A DNA stretch of 63,665 bases, counting the filler, from Chiloscyllium plagiosum (lineage: Eukaryota), in the NCBI RefSeq assembly GCF_004010195.1. It is 4 parts of one record of this genome, joined end to end, with 100 filler letters (N's around TTAATTAATTAA, not from the genome) between each part and the next. Parts side by side here need not be neighbours in the genome. Positions count along the whole stretch, not along the records: positions 1 to 28,977 come from NC_057711.1; positions 29,078 to 51,837 come from NC_057711.1; 2 more parts are not named here. One strand, 5' to 3'. The translations under genes and the position numbers were made by a program. Within the stretch, counting starts at the first letter, position 1. Every line of letters starts with the position of its first letter. Below, piece after piece: positions 26,140 to 39,084 of this stretch. The notes under the pieces were generated by a model that saw nothing but the letters and a program-made list of their open reading frames with translations, was not told the origin of the DNA and made no database searches.

Positions 26140-26716
26140 TTATTGCTGGAACAGCACAGCAGGTCAGGCAGCATCCAGGGAACAGGAGATTCGACGTTTC
26201 GGGCACAGGCCCTTCTTCAGGAATGAGCAGAGAGTGTTCAGCAGGAGAAGATAAAAGGTAGGGAGGAGGGACTTGGAGGAGGGGAGTTGGAAATGTGATA
26301 GGTGGAAAGAGGTCAAGGTGAGGGTGATAGGTCGGAGTAGGGTGGAGGCGGAGAGGTCAAGAAGAAGACTGCAGGTCAGGAAGGCGGTGCCGGGCTGGAA
26401 GGATCCGGCTGAGACAAGGTGGGGGGAGGGGGGATGAAGAAACTGGTGAAGTCCAAGTTCATCCCCTGCGGTTGGAGGGTTCCCAGTCGGAAGATAAGAC
26501 GCTCCTCCTCCGACCGTCAGGTTGTTGTGGTTTGGCGGTGGATGAGTCCAATGACCTGCATATCCTCGGTGGAGTGGGAGGGGGAGTTGAAATGCTGTGC
26601 CACAGGTTGGTTGGGTTGGTTCGTCCGGGTGGCCCAGAGGTGCTCTCTGAATCGCTCCGCAAGTAGGCGGCCTATCTCCCCAATATAGAGGAGGCCACAC
26701 CGGCTGCAGCGGATGC
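26140..26716 (-). mobile_element. Penelope-like element (family A) 3' end: GIY-YIG endonuclease C-terminus plus terminal repeat
   Basis: Minus translation: IRCSRCGLLYIGEIGRLLAERFREHLWATRTNQPNQPVAQHFNSPSHSTEDMQVIGLIHRQTTTT*RSEEERLIFRLGTLQPQGMNLDF (YIG motif, one stop). Confidence 0.92.
26189..26224 (-). ncRNA. Minimal type I hammerhead ribozyme (family A), core intact
   Basis: Minus strand: AUUC-CUGAAGA-A-GGGC-CUGU-GCCC-GAAA-C-GUC/GAAU. Stem I is AUUC:GAAU, stem II is GGGC:GCCC, and palindromic ACGU replaces stem-loop III. Confidence 0.8.
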
Positions 26717-26829
26717 CTCACCATATAACAACCTGATATGCTATGGGCACAGTTCTAATTGAAGGGCTGCAGTGTAGAACTGTACTGTACAATGTATAAC
26801 TGAAGAAAAATGGTGGCAGACATTTGGTT

Positions 26830-27050
26830 ATTCCAAAGCACTTCAGAACTGATGAAGTACTTTGGAATTGTAGTCACCGCTGAATATAAAGAACACCAGC
26901 AGCCAATTTGCACACAGTCAGCTACATCAAACAGTACTGAAATAAATGAGTAGACCATATTTGTTGTGATATTGGCTGACAGATAAATATCAACCAGCAC
27001 AGTGGGGGGAAATCACCTGCTATGTTTTAAATAGTATCATGGAATTTTTT
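26830..27050 (-). mobile_element. DeuSINE-like fragment
   Basis: ccaaagcacttc...gatgaagtactttggaattgtagtcac...cagcagccaatttgcacacag is the antisense of the 3' half of the SINE at 12194-12640. Confidence 0.6.
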
Positions 27051-27910
27051 GAAAGGAATATGGTTCGGGACTGAGGGCTCTGCTGTGCAGAGTCATTCAT
27101 GGAGACTTCTGAATAGAAACCAGCATCTCTCGTGCAGCTGTCAGTGTTTACAAATTAGTATAATGTCTATTAAAACATTTAAACAAGGATGCTGATGAGC
27201 AGACATGATCAACAAAGAAAGAAAAATTACAATTGATATCTTGATGATGAAAACACTGCCTATGGGAGAAAACAAGACTATACCATGCTGATGACATCAA
27301 ATCTACTGCACAGAAATTGGGCTATTTGCCAAAATTAATCCACGCTCATATTAATTTTCTGTACAAGCCTCCTCCCACTCCAACCACTTCTTTCCATTCC
27401 ACACTCAGTTTTCTCTTTATCCTTTTCCCACATGTTTATATGAATCTTCCCCAAAAACAGCAGTACAATAACATTACAAGCAGTCACATGGCAGTGAGTC
27501 CTGCATTCTCATCAATATCTATATTTTAAAAAATCCTACTCATTCTTTCTTTATTTGACGTGTTTAGAAATTCCTCCTGAATACTTTACAAGATTTCTTA
27601 TCTTTTTTAGACTGACTTCTTCATAGGCAATGGCGCTTCCATTGTGTGTGAGAGATTCCAGTCTAAGCTTTACAGAATTCCATCAAGAAATGTTGTATAA
27701 TTTTATCAGCCAATCCATTGGCAAAGGGATTTTAAAAATTAAATAACCATCTCTATCATTTTCCATCCATGAGTTATTTTTTAAAAAGCCTTTTCAAGTT
27801 AATGGACACTGAGGCACCAACACTAGGATTCTATGTTTTGTAATGCCCAACTATTCTGGGTGTGGTGGGATAACATTTTTCTCACATGCTGCTCTCATAG
27901 ATCAACATGG

Positions 27911-28977
27911 TAAAAACAATGACTGCAGATGCTGGAAACCAGATTCCGGATTAGTGATGCTGGAAGAGCACAGCAGTTCAGGCAGCATCCAACGAGCAGT
28001 GAAATCGACGTTTTGGGCAAAAGCCCTTCATCAGGAATAAAGGCAGAGAGCCTGAAGCATGGAGAGATAAGCTAGAGGAGGGTGGGGGTGGGGAGAAAGT
28101 AGCATAGATTACAATAGGTGAGTGGGGGAGAGGATAAAAGTGATAAGTCAGGGAGGAGGGTGGAGTGGATAGGTGGAAAAGAAGATAGGCAGGTAGGACA
28201 AGTCATGGAGACAGTGCTGAGCTGGAAGTTTGTACAGCTGTACTGTACAAACAGTACAGACTACAGATTCAAAAACACCAGCAACAGTTCTCCTTCAAGA
28301 TCCTCCGCTCCACGCTTGCAACAATGAGTCGGTACCTAACCTCTCTACAGTCAGCCCTGTCTCAGCTGAGGGCCACACTCTCTCAGAATTGCAAAGGACC
28401 CACTCTGTACTACATCCTCAGGAGAATTCATACTCTCAACAAACTATTTCAATTCCATCTCAAACATCAAAAACTGTAAGTACAACAAACTTTTATCTAC
28501 CCACCTCGATAACCAGCTCTCCTCAAACATTCCAGAAGATTTCCCCGACCTCTGGAACTGTTTGGACACCATTAGCCATGTGGCTGGTGCAGCTGCCACC
28601 CCCACGCTGATTGATGATGTCACTTCCACCCCAATCATGGCCACTCCCACAACCACTTCTGCCCCTCACAATTCCTCATGCATCACACGTGACATCACTT
28701 CCACCCCTCACGTCATTGCTGATGTCACACGCTTAGTGACTTCCGCGCCCCCTACTGCCGTGTCTGCCACCACTTCCGCCCCCACCAACGCCACTCACCT
28801 GCATTCTGCTGACACGCCCCCCCACATATCGCACTGTCACCATTCCCGGCCCCCAGAACCCTGAGGGGAACATCACCCCTGCTCATGACTCCATCCCCAT
28901 TCCCCCCACCATCACACCCACCCCAGTTACAGGTTCCGCCCCCACTCCCAGCTCTACACCCACACCAGATCCCAGCT
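27911..28977. mobile_element. Penelope-like element (family A): inverted terminal repeat (-) followed by a low-complexity ORF segment (+), cut by the gap
   Basis: Hammerhead remnant at 28003-28038 (-, G12>A). The + segment 28260-28977 is Thr/Pro-rich and CpG-retaining and shares sequence with 34270-34370. Confidence 0.75.
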
Positions 28978-29077
28978 NNNNNNNNNNNNNNNNNNNNNNN
29001 NNNNNNNNNNNNNNNNNNNNNTTAATTAATTAANNNNNNNNNNNNNNNNNNNNNNNNNNNNNNNNNNNNNNNNNNNN
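28978..29077. other. Assembly gap / artificial linker
   Basis: 44 N + TTAATTAATTAA (stops in all six frames) + 44 N. Confidence 0.98.
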
Positions 29078-29885
29078 GACTTGGATATGATGCAGAGCTG
29101 GGCTGAGGAGTGGCAGATGGAGTTCAACCCTGCCAAGTGTGAGGTTGTCCATTTTGGAAAGACAAATAAGAATGCGGAATACAGGGTTAACGGTAGGGTT
29201 CTTAGTGAGGTGGAGGAACAGGGGGATCTTGGGGTCTATGTTCATAGATCTTTGAAAGTTTGCCACCAGGTGGATAGAGCTTGTAAGAAGGCCTATGGTG
29301 TATTAGCATTCATTAGCAGAGGGATTGAATTCAAGAGTCGTGAAGTGATTTTGAAACTGTACAGGACTTTGGTTAGGCCACATTTGGAGTACTGTGTGCA
29401 CTCTGGTCGCCTCACTTTAGGAAAGATGTGGAAGATTTGGAGAGGGTGCAGAAAAGATTTACCAGGATGTTGCCTGGAATGGAGAATAGGTCATACGAGG
29501 ATAGGTTGAGAGTGCTAGGTCTTTTCTCGTTAGAACGGCGAAGGATGAGGGGTCACTTGATAGAGGTTGATAAGATGATCAGAGGAATAGATAGAGTAGA
29601 CAGTCAGAAACTTTTTCCCCGGGTGCAACAGAGTATTACAAGGGGACATAAATTTAAGGTGAAGGGTGCAAGGTATAGGGGAGATGTCAGGGGTGGGTTC
29701 TTTACCCAGAGAGTGGTAGGGGCATGGAATGCGCTGCCTGTGGGAGTGGTAGAGTCAGAATCTTTGGTGACCTTTAAGCGGCAATTGGATAGGTACATGG
29801 ATGGGTGCTTAAGCTAGGGCAAATGTTCGGCACAACATCGTGGACCGAAGGCCTGTTCTGTGCTGTATTGTTCTATGTTCTATGT
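29078..29885 (+). mobile_element. CR1 LINE 3' fragment with tail
   Basis: WQMEFNPAKCEVVHFG...LYRTLVRPHLEYCV, then after a frameshift LERVQKRFTRMLPG...FFTQRVVGAWNALP; (TATGTTC)n tail. Confidence 0.95.
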
Positions 29886-31055
29886 TCTAGATGTGATCTA
29901 TATGGACTTCAGTAAGGCGTTCGACAAGGTTCCCCATGGGAGACTGATTAGCAAGGTTAGATCTCATGGAATACAGGGAGGACTAGCCATTTGGATACAG
30001 AACTGGCTCAAAGGTAGAAGACAGAGGGTGGTGGTTGAGGGTTGTTTTTCAGACTGGAGGCCTGTGACCAGTGGAGTGCCACATGGATCGGTGCTGGGCC
30101 CTCTACTTTTTGTCATTTACATAAATGATTTGGATGAGAGTATAAGAGGTACAATTAGTAAGTTTGCAGATGACACCAAAATTGGAGGTGTAGTGGACAG
30201 CGAAGAATGTTACCTCAGACTACAACAAGATCTGGACCAGATGGGCCAATGGGCTGAGAAGTGGCAGATGGAGTTTAATTCAGATTAATGCAAGGTGCTG
30301 CATTTTGGGAAAGCAAGTCTTAGCAGGAATTATACACTTAATGGTAAGGTCCTAGAGAGTGCTGCTGAACAAAGAGACCTTGGAGTGCAGGTTCATAGCT
30401 CCTTGAAAGTGGAGTCGCAGATAGATAGGATAGTGAAGAAGGCATTTGGTATGCTTTCGTTTATTGGTCAGAGTATGGAGTACAGCAGTTGGGAGGTCAT
30501 GTTGCAGCTGTACAGGACATTGGTTAGGCCACTGGAATATTGCGTGCAATTCTGGTCTCCTTCCTATCGGAAAGATGTTGTGAAACTTGAAAGGGTTCAG
30601 AAAAGATTTATAAGGATGCTGCCAGGGTTGGAGGATCTGAGCGACAGGGAGAGGCTGAACAGGCTGGGTCTGTTTTCCCTCGAGTGTTGGAGGCTGAGGG
30701 GTGACTTTATAGTGGTTTACAAAATTCTGAGGGCCATGGATAGGATAAATAGACAAAGTCTTTTCCCTGGGGTCAGGGAGTCCAGACCTAAAGGGCATAG
30801 GTTTTGGGTGAGAGGGGAAAGATATAAAAGAGACCTAAGGGGCAACTTTTTCACGCAGAGGGTGGTACGTGTATGGAATGAGCTGCCAGAGGATGTGGTG
30901 GAGGCTGGTAATATTTAAGAGGCATTTGGATGGAAATATTGGAGAGATATGGGCTGGGTGCTGGCAGGTGGGACTAGATTGGGTTGGGATATCTGGTCGG
31001 CATGGATGGTTGGACCGAAGGATCTGTTTCCATGCTGTACATCTCTATGACTCTA
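29886..31055 (+). mobile_element. Second CR1 LINE RT fragment, in tandem
   Basis: DVIYMDFSKAFDKVPH...SGVPHGSVLGPLLF...KFADDTK, with an in-frame stop at 30286-30288. Confidence 0.95.
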
Positions 31056-31214
31056 AATTGTCAAAATAAACACAATCCAATTCCTCTTGACAGTTGTGTA
31101 ACAAACCTAGCTTAGCCAAATTCCACCAAACAACTGTTAAACTTTTCTGAACATTGAAGCCTTTGAATTCAGACTGCAGCTCAACTAGCTATCAGATTTT
31201 CGAAACAGCCAAAC

Positions 31215-33100
31215 AAGTGGCATCAAGAATCATTGTGATTTGGGCCTTGCTGGCTGGACAGAATTTATTGCCTGTCCCTCGTTGCCTCTTGAGAAGTTGG
31301 GGGTGAGCTACCTTCTTGAACTGCTGTAGTCCATGTGCTATAGGTAGACCTACAATGTCTTTAGGGAGGAAATTCCAGGATGCTTGGGTGGCACGGTGGC
31401 CAGAGACCCTGGTTCAATTCCCACCTCGGGCAACTGTCTGTGTGGAGTTTGCACACTCTCCCTGTGTCTGCGTGGGTTTCCTCCGGGTGCTCCGGTTTCC
31501 ACCCACAGTCCAAAGATGTGCAGGTCAGGAGAATTGGCCATGCTAAATTGCCTGCAGTGTTAGGTGAAGGGGTAAATGTAGGGGAATGGGTCTGGGTGAG
31601 TTGCTCTTCGGAGGGTCAGTGTAGACTTGTTGGGCTGAAGGGCCTGTTTCCACACTGTAAGTAATCTAATCTAATCTAGTCAATGTTGACCCAACAACAG
31701 TGGAGGAATGGCAATATATTTCAAAAAGTCAGGATGGTGAGGGGTTTGGGAGGGGAGCCTGAAGGTGGTGGTGTTCACATGTATCTGCTGCCCTTGCCCT
31801 TCGAGATGGAAGTGGTCATAGATGTGGAAGGTGCTGTCTGAGGATCTTGAGTCAATTTTTGCAATGCATCTTAGACGGTACACACCGCTGCTATGTTGAG
31901 TGTTGGTGGTGGAGGGAAGGGATGCTTTTCCTGGAAATGACGCCAATGAAGTGGGCTGCTTTGTCGTGGATGGTGTCAAGCTTCTTGAGTATTATTGGTG
32001 CTGCATCCATCCAGGCAAGTGAGGAGTATTCCATCATACTCTTAACTTGTGCCTTCTACCTGGTGGACAGATTTTGGGGAGTCAGGAAGTGAGTTATTTG
32101 CTGCAATAGTCCTAACCTTTAAACTGCTCTTGTAGCCACTGTGTTTATACGGCGGGCCGAATTGAGTTTCTGGTCAATGGTAATCCCAAAGATGTTGTTA
32201 TCAGGGGATTCAGTAATGCTAACACCACTGAATATCAAAGGACAGTGATCAGATTGTCTCTTATTGGTGATGGGTCATAGCCTTGCATTTGTGTGACATG
32301 AATGTTACTTGCCATATGTCAGCCCAAGCCTGAATATTGTGCAGATCTTGTTGCATTTGAACACAGACTGCTTCAGTATCTGAGGAGTAGTGAATGCAAA
32401 AAGCTCAGGACCGATCGTTGGTGAACATCCCCATTTCTGACCTTATGATGTAGGTAAGGTCTTTGATGAAGCAGCTGAAGACAGCTATGCCTGGAACACC
32501 ACGAGGAACTCCTACAGAGATGACCTGGAGCTGAGATGACAGACCTCTGACAACCACAAACATCATTCGATATGCCAGGTACAACTCCAACCAGCAGACG
32601 GTTTGTCCCCGATACCCATTGATTCCAGTTTTGCTCGGGGTACTTGATGCCACACTCAGTCAAATACAGCCTTGGTGTCAAGGGCTGTCACTCTCGCTTC
32701 CCCTCTGAAATTCAGCACTTCTGTCCATGTCTGAACCAAGGCTGTAATATGAGGTCCGGAGCTGAGTGGCCCTGCTGGAATCCAAACTGGCCGTCACTGA
32801 GCAGATTATTACTGAGCAGGTGCTGCTTGATAGCACTGTGGATGATTCCTTCCATCACTTTATTGGTGATCGAGAGTAGACTGATGGGGCTGTAGTTAGC
32901 TGGGTTGGATTTGTGTGTACTGGACATAACTGGGCAGTTTTCCACATTGTCACTGGATAGATGTCACTGTTGCAACCTGTACTGGAACAGCTTGGCTAGG
33001 GGAGCAGGCAAGCTCTACAGCACAAGTACTATTGCCGGTGTTGTCAATAGTCACTGTAGTACTGAGTGCCTTCAACTGTTTCTTGCTATCACATGGAAGG
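31215..33100 (-). mobile_element. CR1/L2-clade LINE RT fragment interrupted by an HE1 SINE
   Basis: ORF 32712-32945: KSNPANYSPISLLSITNKVME...QFGFQQGHSAPDL. Confidence 0.85.
31386..31678 (+). mobile_element. HE1-type V-SINE
   Basis: gggtggcacggtggc...V-domain...gggctgaagggcctgtttccacactg plus (AATCT)n tail. Confidence 0.9.
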
Positions 33101-34045
33101 GAATTGGTTTTGTTGAAGACCACCAGAAATGGATTTTACTATTTATAATTCAGAATAGCATTTTATCCAATACATAATGTACTGATACATCTGAACACTT
33201 TTCCACTTTTACAATGCTGTTCCTTTCCTTTATAGCTTTCTAGATATTGGATGAGACAATCTGGCAATAACATTGTTTGGTAATGTACAGGTAAGTACCT
33301 TTTAGAGAGGACTGTGATCACTGTGTGGCATTTCAATATAACATCTGAAGTTAAAAAAAGTTTTGTTTTTTTTTGCCCATTTGGTTTCTGCCCTAATCCA
33401 TGGAGCCCAATGATTACTATGTTTTTGTGCTGCTGAGTTTGCCAATCCAGCCCAGCTCCAATCAAAAGTACAGAAGGCCAAATGTGTCCATTTTTGCAAC
33501 AGTGCCAGTAAAAATCAGAAAGCAGCATATGCATTCCCGACTAGTCTCTTATTCCACATCTGTGAAAATTTTCAGCACCATAATCAGGTTAAGAATTGGT
33601 GTCCTACTCACCATTTTTAAAGTCCACTGACACAATTTGGCCCTGTGTCAGGATGAGAAGATCTAGCCTTAGTTTTAGACTTTCCAGACCGGAGAAGCAG
33701 ATTCTTAGCATCTACCCTATTGAAATCAGTATTAAAACTGCCTCTCATCCGTACAACCATCAGAGAATTAAAGGGCTATACTACTCAGTTTCTTCTGTTG
33801 GTCAAGCCTCTTCTCTCAGAAAACATTTGATGCACCGCTTCTAAGACGACAAATATATCCTTCCTTGCCAAGAGGCAAAACTATAGTTTGAATGATCCAG
33901 ACCCTGTCTGATCTTTTCATTTATTTCATACAAGGTATTGTAAGATGGAGAAATTTGCCTCAAAGTTCTTCAGTGAACAAGCAGAAAGTGTAAATGATGA
34001 TTTTTGATTTTGTTTACCATATAACATGTCTGAAAATGGTACAGA

Positions 34046-34592
34046 TAAAAACAAGGACTGCAGATGCTGGAAACCAGATTCTAGATTAGAGTGGTGCTGG
34101 AAAAGCACAGCAGTTCAGGCAGCATCCAAGGAGCAGGAAAATCGATGTTTCGGGCAAAAGCCCTTCATCAGGAATAGAGGCAGAGTTCTTGTAGGGCGGA
34201 GAGATAGGGTTAGGGTTAGGCCCTTGCAAGGATGCCTGTCTTGAAGAGATTTTCCTCCTCTCTCTCTTCAAACATTCCAGAAGATTTCCCCAGCCTCTGG
34301 AACTGCTCTGACGCCATTAGCCATGCAGCTGATGCAGCTACCATCCCCACGGTGATCGATTACTTCACCAGTTTCCTCGTTTCCCCTTCCCCCACCTCAC
34401 CCCAGTTCCAAACGTCCAACTCAGCACTGTCCCCATGACTTGTCCTACCTGCCTATCTTCCTTTCCACCTATCCACTCCACCCTCCTCTCTGACCTATCA
34501 AGATTTTCCTGCTCCTTGGATGCTGCCTGAACTGCTGTGCTTTTCCAGCATCACTCTAATCTAGAATCTGGTTTCCAGCATCTGCAGTCTGC
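34046..34592. mobile_element. Rearranged Penelope-like element (family A) with ~88-bp inverted ends
   Basis: 34056-34143 is the near-perfect reverse complement of 34502-34589; hammerhead at 34140-34175 (-, GUC>AUC). Confidence 0.88.
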
Positions 34593-35035
34593 AGGGTTGG
34601 ATATTACATGAACATGGCAATACATATCGTCCAAAGAGTTTACAGTAGTGATCCAAATTATAACAGAGTACCAAATTAGTGCTGATAAACCATTTACTCT
34701 TCTCACACAAACAGAAATTAGTTGTCTAGAGCAGCACTGTTCAACACCCCTTATTGAATCAAGCACCAGTACTGATCATGCCTGGCCACAAGTTGAACCA
34801 TGACCAAGCCCAGTGTGCCCTCATCCAGAATGAGCTGATTTAATAATGGTCTCAGACAGGTTTCTGAACAAGACACATCAGTATCTTGCTGATGAGGATA
34901 AACTGTAGAGGGAGGATAGGATCAGCCAAAAGCAGAACTTACAAATAGATATTCTGACAAGCATATATTCTGTACAGCAAGAGCTTATATTTTAAGTTTT
35001 TGAAGGGATCAAATTCCTATGTTGGCCTGGTATAC

Positions 35036-35251
35036 CCCTGCACCTAACACTACGGGCAATTTAGCATGGTCAATTCACCTAACCTGCACATCTTTGGACT
35101 GTGGGAGGAAACCGGAGCACCCGGAGGAAACCCACGCAGACACAGGGAGAATGTGCAAACTCCACACATTCAGTCGCCTGAGTCGGGAATTGAACCCAGG
35201 TCTCTGGCGCTGTGAGGCAGCAGTGCTAACCACTGTGCCACCGTGCCGCCC
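35036..35251 (-). mobile_element. HE1-type V-SINE, 3'-truncated
   Basis: Reverse complement of gggcggcacggtggcacagtggttagcactgctgcctcacagcgccagaga plus the V-domain. Confidence 0.9.
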
Positions 35252-36269
35252 ATTTAGTCATCAAAACTAGTACACATGGAATACTTGGTGTTCCATCCTC
35301 CACCACCAATTAAAAGTCAACACTGATCACCTTGTTCTGAATCAGTGCACATCCTGCCTGTTGATCACATCAGCAGCAGTTGCATAACTGGCAGTCATTG
35401 CAAAGAATTCCATTGCCTGAAATAATTTGACCTTCCTAATGAATGGTGGCTGAGGGTATATAATCTTATACAACAATTTTAAATAGTTAAAATCTATATA
35501 CAGAGAAATATGAATAATCTTACTATATCAATAATGTAATAAATGCATTGTTATTTTAAATAAAGACTGCAGTTTTAGACATTTCAATTTTTACAAATCT
35601 GAGTTTTTAGAGAAAACTCATTCACCATCACAGCTAACAGTTCAGAAGTAATGTCTTGTTATAATAGAAGTCCAGTGGATAGTATTTAGTAATTAGTCGA
35701 AATACACGCACAGGAATTATTAATACTGCAAGGCAACTGTGGCAATTTAAAATCTTCAGGATGAGGATTTGGTAGGAAACTACTCAATGTCAGACAAACC
35801 AAAGATTGGCATAATATTCATTTCCATAAAACTCATTTTCCACAAGTTTTTTGCTTTTATACCCAGCTTTGGAGAACACTTTCAGTTACTAAACACTGTA
35901 AACAGTCATTTCATTTTGGAAGATCAGCTACTTGACTTAGGACATTCATGCATTGGCAATCGAAAATGATCTAGCTTAGTTGAACTGGTTTCCAGTGTTG
36001 ATTTTTTTCCCCCGCAAGCTAATTGGCAGGTTGCAAAGTATGACCAAAAGCTTATTGCTTATAACTATCAAACATGGTCAAAAACCATTACTGTACAAAT
36101 TTTGACTAATGTTGTGAACAGTTACTATAGTAACTTACATTTGTAGTACCGTTAAAATAATGAAATGCCACATAGTGCACCACAGGAGTATTATACAACA
36201 AAGTATCACACTGGGCCTTTGATCCAAGTCATTAATACCAACTGCAAATAGGTGTGGCCCGATTTAGAT

Positions 36270-37140
36270 TCTTATTGAACTCCACTTATTAACAACACAC
36301 CACGGTGAAAATGATCCAGAATCATTACAGCATTGAGAGACTATTCGTTCTATCATTGCCGCATTCGTTCTCTGAAGAACTGTAACTCTCTGCTTCTCTC
36401 TGCCTGACCTATTCTTCCTTCTCAGATAATAACTGATTTTCTTCTCAAATGCCTTGACTGAACATACTTTCACCCATGCTCTCAGACAACACATTCCATA
36501 GCTTAAACCACTAGCTATGTAAAAAAGGTATTTCCTCATGTTGACATTGCTTATGTGGCTCACTATTTTAAATCTGTGCTCTCTTCTTATTAATTTTTCC
36601 ACCAATGTGAACAGTTTTTCTCTATGTACACTGTCCAGTTCCCAATGATTTTAAACACCTCTACCAAATCTTCTTTGGAGTTGTATTTTTTCCATAGGTT
36701 AACAGTCCCAGCCTTTTCAATATTTGTACATAACTCCATTCCTGGAGCTATTCTCGTGATTCTTTTCCACATTTTTCTCTAAAGCCTTCACATCCAGGTG
36801 AGGTGTGGTGTCTAAAACTGGTTATAGTACAGGGCAACTTCCATTATCTGAACAACAGGGATGGGGGAGCATTTTGTTCGGATAATCGAATGCCAGATAA
36901 CACAGCTTAGCCAAGCACTGAGACCTTCAGATCTGGTTCGGATAATCCGAAATTCAGATAATCGAGGTTGTACTGTATTCCAGTTGAGCCAAGCCAGTGT
37001 TTAATGAAAGTCTAACTTTCTTGGTTTTAGTACTTTGTGGATATTAGTAAAGCCTGGGATGCGGAATATTTTATTAACCACATTCTCATTCTGTCCTGCA
37101 ATGTTTGATGATTTTTGCACCAAGGTTCTGCTCCTGCATC
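36270..37140 (-). mobile_element. Old CR1 3' fragment
   Basis: Degenerate KRITRIAPGM...EDLVEVFKII (ORF 36590-36772). Confidence 0.65.
36830..36975. mobile_element. Tc1/mariner-pogo (Tigger-like) MITE with TA target duplication
   Basis: TA|CAGGGCAACTTCCATTATCTGAA...TTCAGATAATCGAGGTTGTACTG|TA: imperfect ~23-bp TIRs with internal ggataatc repeats. Confidence 0.8.
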
Positions 37141-37247
37141 TCTTGTAGAATTATACCTTTTATGTTGGAACATATGTTCGTTGAGAATTGTGAATTTTAT
37201 TTAAATGTTCACGATTGTTATTACCTTAATTCCCTTCAATCCAATTT

Positions 37248-37565
37248 GATTAGATTTTTGATTAGATTCCCTACAGTGTGGAAACAAGCCCTTTGGCCCA
37301 ACAAGTCCACATCGATCCTCTGGAGAGCAACCCATCCTGACCCATTTCCCTCTCTCTAATGCACCTAACACTTTGGCAATTTAACATGGCCAATTTACCT
37401 GACCCACACATCTTTGGACTGTGAGAGGAAACCGGAGCACTTGCAGGAAACCTACGCAGACATGGGGAGAATGTGCAAACTCCACACAGACAGTCGCCTG
37501 AGGAATCGAACCTGGGACCCTGGTGCTGTGAGGCAGCAGTGCTAACCACTGAGCCACCGTGCCAC
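37248..37565 (-). mobile_element. HE1-type V-SINE
   Basis: tRNA head, V-domain and AGATT tail on the minus strand. Confidence 0.9.
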
Positions 37566-38178
37566 CTTCTGAATCTAACTTGCTTCTCACAGAGACATAA
37601 CTTGTTTTGAAGTGTATTACACTCAGTTCAGATTTATGAAAGTTGCTCTTGAATGCAAAATTAAATTCTATTGTATTTTGATCAATCTTCTCTCAAGGAA
37701 CTCTTACTGAGATTACTAATTAATCTTGCCTCAGTGTAGAAGACAAGAACTAAAATAGCCTCTCCCCTGTTTGGCTGCATGTATTGTTCTAACTTACTGT
37801 ATGAATGACATTCCATGAACCTGTCCTCCAAATCTCTTTTGCTTTTTGATTTTTTTAGTCCGTATAAAGATTCAGGTCCCTGCAATTATTAAAATATGTG
37901 TGTGTGACAAGTTCCTTTAGCTTCAAATATTGACTCTGTCCAAAATGTAACTATGGATATTGTTAGAGGACCGTTAACCTTTAGGTTAATTTGATTCCTG
38001 TCCTCTGCTCGTTGTTAATTTCTGGTCGCCACTTTTGGTGATTTTAGAGCAGGGCCCATCATCAGAACTGTACTTCTGACATTCTTTATCAGACTCTTCT
38101 CAACATGTACCTCCTCACCGAACATTTCTAATTATGCAACCTCATCAGATTAATGGGTAGTAGATCAAACCTAGTCAT

Positions 38179-38548
38179 CACAATCCTTTATCCGAAATTC
38201 TTGCAGCGAGTTGTTATTCGGATTTCAGAATTTTTTGGATTTCAGAATAAATGATATTTTCACAGTGAAGTATAAAGAATCTTACTGAACAGCAGACCCA
38301 AGTGTGAATCTTACTGAATAGCAGACCCACGTGTGACTACTAAGAGCGCCGAGACACAACTGACGCCTGCTAATGCTGGGCCACGCCGCCACGTCACATC
38401 GGAGTGATGTGGGTTGAGTGGGTGTGGAGTTGGGTCATCTGTTCGCATGATTAGAACCTTATTATATAGAAAAAAATTTCATGAAAATCTTCGGATTTCA
38501 GAGCTTTTCAGATTCAGAATTTTGGATAAAGGATTGTGTGTACCTGTA
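38179..38548. mobile_element. Tigger/pogo-like MITE, left end clipped
   Basis: CACAATCCTTTATCCGAAATTC is inverted with GAATTTTGGATAAAGGATTGTG; the right end reads ...TACCTG|TA; internal ~29-bp tandem duplication at ~38278-38337. Confidence 0.7.
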
Positions 38549-39084
38549 ATTTGCTTTTACATTTTTACAAAAGATTCATGCATTCAGATGATTTCAGATT
38601 TAGGCAAATGTTTTGCAGCAATTCTCCAAACTCATTTCTTCTTATTTTTAAAAAAGTGTCACTATTTTTGATCCATTTTTAGTGGGGTAAAAACTTTTAC
38701 ACATAACTGATTTTGGATTTTAAATGTGAATTCAGAGAACATTTGCAGGCAGAGCTCAGGGGTTGTTATCATCGATTAACCAACATCAACACCGACAACA
38801 TTCTCCTCCATAGTCTGCATGATTCCCACAATTTAGTGAACTTTATGAAATCAATCTCAGCAGGCAGGAGATTATTACAAGTCAACATCATAACAAGGAA
38901 CCAAAAACTCAAGGGAAGCAATCTTTCCACCAGAAGATTTTCTTAAAACCTCAGATCCATGGGCAAAACCTACAACAAATTTTAATAAAATCTACAATTC
39001 CAATTTCCATCTCACTGTAAGATTCAACATCAGCCCATCAGAATTAGTCCTTAGAACTCTGAATGTATCATTATGTTACAGTTG

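Noticed and set aside
28230..28864. Mucin-like Thr/Pro/Ser-rich ORFs
   Set aside because: They adjoin a Penelope terminal repeat and share sequence with the element at 34270-34370, so they are transposon-derived.
29022..29033. TTAATTAATTAA palindrome
   Set aside because: Artificial linker within N runs, repeated identically three times.
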